Assembly: GCA_046485285.1 (NCBI GenBank)
Contig: JAWOHE010000064.1
Location: 1 to 40,468 of the forward strand
Source: a bacterium
Lineage (GTDB): Bacteria; Hydrothermota; Tepidihabitantia; Tepidihabitantales; Tepidihabitantaceae
Direction of reading: 5' to 3'
Length of the DNA: 40,468 nt
Shown: positions 36,621-40,468 of the stretch, in pieces
Layout: every line of letters starts with the position of its first letter
Position numbering within the stretch: position 1 is the first letter of the stretch
The notes under the pieces: generated by a model
Seen by the model: only the letters and a program-made list of their open reading frames with translations
The model's database searches: none
Told to the model about the DNA's origin: nothing
Made by a program: the position numbers and the translations under genes

Positions 36621-37703
36621 TCAGCCGGCGGTGTTGAGCTCCGCCTCGGCCGCCTCGAGCGCGTCGAAGACCGGGTCGAGCTCGCCCGCGAGGACCCGGT
36701 CGAGCGAGTGGACGGTGAACTTGATGCGGTGGTCGGTGACGCGGTTCTGGGGGAAGTTGTAGGTGCGAATCTTTTCGCTCCGCTCGCCGGTGCCGACCTG
36801 CTTGCGCCGGGCCCGGGCGGTCTTCGCGGCCTCGGCCTGGCGCCGGGCGTCGAGCAGGCGGGCGGCGAGAACCTTCATCGCCTTGGCCTTGTTCCGGCCC
36901 TGGGAGCGCTCGTCCTGGCACTGGACGACGATGCCGGACGGGACGTGGGTGATCCGTACCGCCGAGTCGGTGACGTTGACGTGCTGGCCGCCGTGGCCGC
37001 CGGCGCGGAACACGTCGACGCGCAGGTCGCCGGGGTCGATCCTGAGGTCGACCTCCTCGGGCTCGGGCAGGACCGCGACGGTGACGGTCGAGGTGTGAAT
37101 CCGGCCCGCGGCCTCGGTCTCGGGCACGCGCTGGACCCGGTGGACGCCGCTCTCGAACCGGAACCAGCGGAACGGTTCCTCGCCGGCGACCGCGAACGAC
37201 ATGTCCTTGAACCCGTCGAGCTCGGACGGCCGCGACGACATCACCTCGACCTTGAGGTCGTGGTTCTCGGCGTAGCGGCAGTACATCCGGTAGAGCGCGC
37301 CCGCGAACAGCGCCGCTTCTTCGCCGCCGGCCGCGGGCCGGAGCTCGACGATGCAACCCTTGTCCCAGTCCGGCGAGCGGGGGGCGAGGTCGCGGGCGAA
37401 CGCGGCGTCGAGCCCGGCGAGCCGGGCACCGAGCCCGGCCGCCTCGGTCCCGGCCAGTTCCTTCATCTCCGGGTCCTCGGCGCTGTCGGCCAGCGCCTCG
37501 GCCTCGGCCAACTCGCGCTCGAGCCGGCGGTACTCGATGAGCCGCGCCCGGAGCTCGCCGATGCGGCGGAACTCGCGGGTCAGCTCGCGGAGCCGGGCCG
37601 GGTCGCGGCTGACGTCGGGATGGGACAGCGCGGCCTCGACCTCGGCCGCGCGGCCGAGCACCGGGGCCAGCCGTCGCTCGAACTCGCTTGATGGCGTCGG
37701 CAT
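36621..37703 (-). CDS. prfA: Peptide chain release factor 1
   Basis: [24 protein letters not shown] (PxT, RF1-specific), [22 protein letters not shown]; no SD before ATG 37703. Confidence 0.97.
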   Translation of the reverse strand: MPTPSSEFERRLAPVLGRAAEVEAALSHPDVSRDPARLRELTREFRRIGELRARLIEYRRLERELAEAEALADSAEDPEMKELAGTEAAGLGARLAGLDAAFARDLAPRSPDWDKGCIVELRPAAGGEEAALFAGALYRMYCRYAENHDLKVEVMSSRPSELDGFKDMSFAVAGEEPFRWFRFESGVHRVQRVPETEAAGRIHTSTVTVAVLPEPEEVDLRIDPGDLRVDVFRAGGHGGQHVNVTDSAVRITHVPSGIVVQCQDERSQGRNKAKAMKVLAARLLDARRQAEAAKTARARRKQVGTGERSEKIRTYNFPQNRVTDHRIKFTVHSLDRVLAGELDPVFDALEAAEAELNTAG

Positions 37704-37721
37704 CGGGGATAGTCGGGCGGG

Positions 37722-37769
37722 CTAGAGGTGGCAGGCCCGGGTCGGGCCGGGGAATGCGTTTCCAGTCAC
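37722..37769 (-). other. Candidate leaderless 15-codon uORF in frame with prfA, ending in UAG
   Basis: GTG ACT GGA AAC GCA TTC CCC GGC CCG ACC CGG GCC TGC CAC CTC TAG CCC GCC CGA CTA TCC CCG ATG(prfA). Confidence 0.5.
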
Positions 37770-37774
37770 GCGCC

Positions 37775-37802
37775 ATTATCGCCCCGCGTCCCGGCCTGTC
37801 AA
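37775..37802 (-). promoter_or_regulatory. sigma70 promoter of the prfA operon (TTGACA-16-GATAAT)
   Basis: Near-consensus hexamers; spacer begins like that of the pilT promoter (ggccgggacg). Confidence 0.7.
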
Positions 37803-37875
37803 GCAGGTGGGCATCCGAACCGGCCGACGCGGGTCTAAGCGGGAGAAGAACGAAAGCAGAAAGAAGGTGATTAAG

Positions 37876-37992
37876 GTGAAAAAGCAGATTAAGAAGAAGG
37901 TCGAGCAAAGGGACTGTCGCGACGAGCAGACGGTGAGTTGCTGCTACTGCAGCTACGACCCCTGTGGCTGCTGCAGCTACTACTGCTGCTAG
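37876..37992 (+). CDS. Small Cys-rich peptide, 38 aa: MKKQIKKKVEQRDCRDEQTVSCCYCSYDPCGCCSYYCC
   Basis: GAAGGTGA SD before GTG; A-rich leader; 9 Cys; strong hairpin downstream. Confidence 0.65.
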   Translation: MKKQIKKKVEQRDCRDEQTVSCCYCSYDPCGCCSYYCC

Positions 37993-38005
37993 CGCCGACC
38001 GTCCC

Positions 38006-38043
38006 CGCGGGGCGCAGGCCGGCGACCCCGCCTGCGCCCCGCG
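38006..38043 (+). terminator. 14-bp stem-loop downstream of the Cys-rich peptide
   Basis: CGCGGGGCGCAGGC-N10-GCCTGCGCCCCGCG; weak U tract. Confidence 0.55.
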
Positions 38044-38076
38044 CCTGATTCGGGCCGGGTCGATTCACCTCCCAGA

Positions 38077-38110
38077 CCAAACTTGACAGTTTGGACTGTT
38101 GGCATATCTT
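38077..38110 (+). promoter_or_regulatory. Promoter TTGACA-16-TATCTT with an overlapping operator palindrome CCAAACT-TGAC-AGTTTGG
   Basis: Perfect 7-bp inverted repeat straddling the -35 box. Confidence 0.6.
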
Positions 38111-38169
38111 GGCCTCGTGGTGGTACTGTTCACGCGTCGTGGACGAAGTTGCGCCGGCGGAGGGCGAAG

Positions 38170-38532
38170 ATGGCCGGGATGATCGCCTACTGCGGCATCG
38201 ATTGCCGGAAGTGCCCGAGGTTCCGGATGACGCGACTCGCGGACCGGACCGGCCGGCGCGGGCTGGCGCGCTGGCTGATGCGGGTGCTGAGCCGGGGGAG
38301 AATCACTGGCGAGCCGAGTTGCGACGGTTGCACGGCGATCGACGCGCGGATGGTTCCGACCGGCCTTGAGTGCCCGGCACGCTGTTGCGCGATGGAGCAC
38401 GGGGTGAGGACCTGCGCCGACTGCGACCGGTTCGGCTGCGACCGGCTGGCGTTCGTCTGGAAGCGGACGATGTTCCGGGACGCGGAGCCGCGCCTGCGCC
38501 GGATGCACGCCGCGCGTACTGCCGGAAGGTGA
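38170..38532 (+). CDS. DUF3795-family Cys-rich protein
   Basis: IAYCGIDCRKCP...CDGC...C..RCC.ME.GVRTCADC..F.C..L. Confidence 0.8.
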   Translation: MAGMIAYCGIDCRKCPRFRMTRLADRTGRRGLARWLMRVLSRGRITGEPSCDGCTAIDARMVPTGLECPARCCAMEHGVRTCADCDRFGCDRLAFVWKRTMFRDAEPRLRRMHAARTAGR

Positions 38533-38609
38533 GCCGGCCGGTCCGGCACCAGGACGCCGGGATACCGGCATAGCCCGGGCCGGTGTGGGGAAACCCCTCG
38601 CCGCTATCC

Positions 38610-38657
38610 GTCATCTCGACCGGAGTCCGTCAGGACGGAATCGAGGAATCAATCTCT
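38610..38657. repeat. REP-like palindromic unit (GTCATCTCGACCGGAG...)
   Basis: CTCGA..CCGTCAGGACGG..TCGAG nested inverted repeats in intergenic DNA. Confidence 0.45.
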
Positions 38658-38752
38658 GGTCCCCGTCCGGGTCTTAGTTCTGACTGGGGTGCCCCCCTTC
38701 TCGACCTTGCTTCCTCGCGCCCGGACGCGCACTTCCGTCCGCGCCCGGCTCA

Positions 38753-38852
38753 CGCCTGTTAGCTGCCGCTGGCCGGGAGTCTAACGCCGAATCGTAACTC
38801 CGCCGGGCGCGAAACCGCCCCGCGTCTCCGCAGCTCAACCGATTGCGCGCTC
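38753..38852 (-). repeat. Dispersed ~100-bp conserved motif, copy C
   Basis: Reverse complement GAGCGCGCAATCGGTTGAGCTG...GGCGGAGTTACGATTCGGCGTTAGACTCCCGGCCAGCGGCAGCTAACAGGCG, colinear with copy B. Confidence 0.85.
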
Positions 38853-39314
38853 TTGCACCGCCCGCGCGAGTATGGTTTTCGCGGGCCGAACCGCCGAAAG
38901 GGGCACCATCCTGGGGGCATCCGGGCAACCGCTACCGGGGTGCTTCCCCGGGTGCCTGTCCTGAGCCCCATCCGGGCGCTCGTCCGGGGCACCGCCAGTG
39001 CGCCAGCCCGGGCGCCTGCCAAGTGCCCCCTCTGAGCGCCATCTTGGTGTCTGGCTGTGGCGCTACCTGAGCGCCTGCCCGGTGGCGCCATCCGAGCGGC
39101 CTGCCGGAGCGCTCGCGGAGTGCGGCTGGGTATGCAGTTGGCGGGCGGGCAGTCACGCTGGACAACCCGGCAGGAAGTGCCATCCTGCGCGGAATCCGGA
39201 GCGCTCGCGCCCTCGGCGCAATCGTCCTCAGGGAGATGGGCCGGGACCGGCGGAGTAGGGCTCGTTGGGCTAACCTGCTGATATGGCTGCGGGTTGCGCG
39301 TGGGCAGGAGCGCT

Positions 39315-39530
39315 CCGGGGGGTATACCCGGGGATATCCCCGGGACGGTTCCCGGGGCCGCCCCGGGGACCGTCCCGGAGGCCGCTCCCGGGACCGTCCG
39401 GGGAACCGCTCCTGGGGATATCGGGGGGACGGTTCCGGGGGCCGCCCCGGGGACCGCTCCGGGAGCCGTCCCGGGGGCCGTCCCGGGGGCCGCTAGGGGA
39501 GGCGTCCCCGGGGCCGCTAGGGGAAGGCAG
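39315..39530 (-). repeat. 12-bp tandem array C (~18 units, + strand consensus CCSGGGRCCGYY)
   Basis: ccggggaccgtc/ccgggggccgtc units; on the minus strand preceded by cccccacccccacc as in array B. Confidence 0.88.
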
Positions 39531-39585
39531 GTGGGGGTGGGGGTCCGGGTGCGGCTCGACGCGCTCCGGGCCGTCCGCCGAAGCC

Positions 39586-40468
39586 TTACCTCGCCAGCAC
39601 CAGCCGGCTGGATTCGCCGCTGTCCTGCCGGCGGACGAAGTACACGCCGGGGCTGAGGTGCCGGACGTCGTTCTCACCCTTCTCAAGCCGCGCCACCGCA
39701 CGGCCGCTGACGTCGAGCAGCAGCCCGGCAGCCTCGACGCGCAGACGACCCGCGGTGACCGAGGCCCGGACGCGCGACGGCCACCCGGCCACCGGCCCCG
39801 GCTCTTCCAGCCCGGTCACCGAGTCCTTGATGACGAAGATCCAGGAGCCGCTCCAGTGGGCAACGTAGACATAGCCGTACTCAGGCGCCGCCACCATCAC
39901 CTCCGGCAGCCCGCCTACCCGCAGCTTCTTCCGCACCCCGGTCCCGTCGGCGGACAGCACCGCCACCTCGTCGAGGTAACAGGCGGCGTAGAGCAGCCCG
40001 GACGCCGCGCTGTACAACAGCGCGAACACTTCGCCCGTCCCGACCGGTACCACTGCCGAGACCGTGTCGGCCCGCGTGTCCACAAACCAGACTTCCTCAC
40101 GCCCCAAGCCGTTACCGACCGCCACCGCGATCAGCGTGTCACTCCCGAGCCCAGTGATGGCCCGCGGCCCGAGCCCTGCCGGCGGTTCGATGACCGCAAC
40201 CACGCTGTCCCCGGCCCCGCAGACCACCACCACCCGGTTGTGCGCGCCGCAGTAGTACTTGTCCACCGCCGCGCAGCAATACCCGCAGACCGGCACGTTG
40301 CCCATCGCCAGCGTCTTCACCACCCTGAGGGTCGCAATGTCGATTGTCGACACCGACTCGCTGTCCCAGTTCCGCACGTACAGCTTGCGGCGGCGCGTGT
40401 TGAGCTCCGGCCGCTCCGGGTCCCGACCCACGCGAACGTGCGCAATCACCGAGTCCGTCGCACAGTCA
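39586..40468 (-). CDS. YncE/YVTN beta-propeller protein with C-terminal T9SS-like domain (5' end outside window)
   Basis: Repeats KLYV.N..S.SVSTID, D..ADTVSAVVPVG; CTD LLDVSGRAV..L..G.NDVRHLSPGVYFVR. Confidence 0.85.
   Translation of the reverse strand, partial: DCATDSVIAHVRVGRDPERPELNTRRRKLYVRNWDSESVSTIDIATLRVVKTLAMGNVPVCGYCCAAVDKYYCGAHNRVVVVCGAGDSVVAVIEPPAGLGPRAITGLGSDTLIAVAVGNGLGREEVWFVDTRADTVSAVVPVGTGEVFALLYSAASGLLYAACYLDEVAVLSADGTGVRKKLRVGGLPEVMVAAPEYGYVYVAHWSGSWIFVIKDSVTGLEEPGPVAGWPSRVRASVTAGRLRVEAAGLLLDVSGRAVARLEKGENDVRHLSPGVYFVRRQDSGESSRLVLAR

Noticed and set aside
38753-38790. Integron attC site (GTTAG...CTAAC)
   Set aside because: Boxes are in the wrong order for an attC, with no L boxes, cassette array or integrase
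38860-39300. Protein-coding gene in the cargo of element copy C
   Set aside because: Only short ORFs in several frames, with no recognisable motifs or SD

Overview
A 40.5-kb, very GC-rich bacterial chromosome segment. Several secreted proteins with T9SS/FlgD-like C-terminal domains, tandem GWxTD proteins and an Flx module suggest an anaerobe of the FCB/WOR-3 type (inference). Most of it is housekeeping: GAF/MsrC, two M29 aminopeptidases, MFS, GT4, aminotransferases, M16 peptidase-pnp-rpsO, valS, pilT, flxDCBA-like operon, ricT, thiC, CDP-alcohol phosphatidyltransferase, recN, nadK, prmC and prfA. Features the ORF track misses or mis-calls: (1) a secreted TlpA/ResA-like selenoprotein (UxxC, in-frame TGA plus SECIS hairpin) with a CTD; (2) a possibly leaderless, in-frame upstream extension of prfA interrupted by a single UAG, a candidate RF1 readthrough autoregulation; (3) three dispersed copies of a ~700-850 bp composite element (12-bp tandem array, ~400-470 bp variable cargo, conserved ~100-bp motif); (4) palindromic REP-like insertions in frame inside conserved genes; (5) a 38-aa peptide with 9 Cys; (6) sigma70-type promoters with a consistent 16-bp spacer, several apparently leaderless; (7) an IS256 remnant. 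No rRNA, tRNA or CRISPR array was seen. All family assignments come from motif recognition by eye, not database searches.
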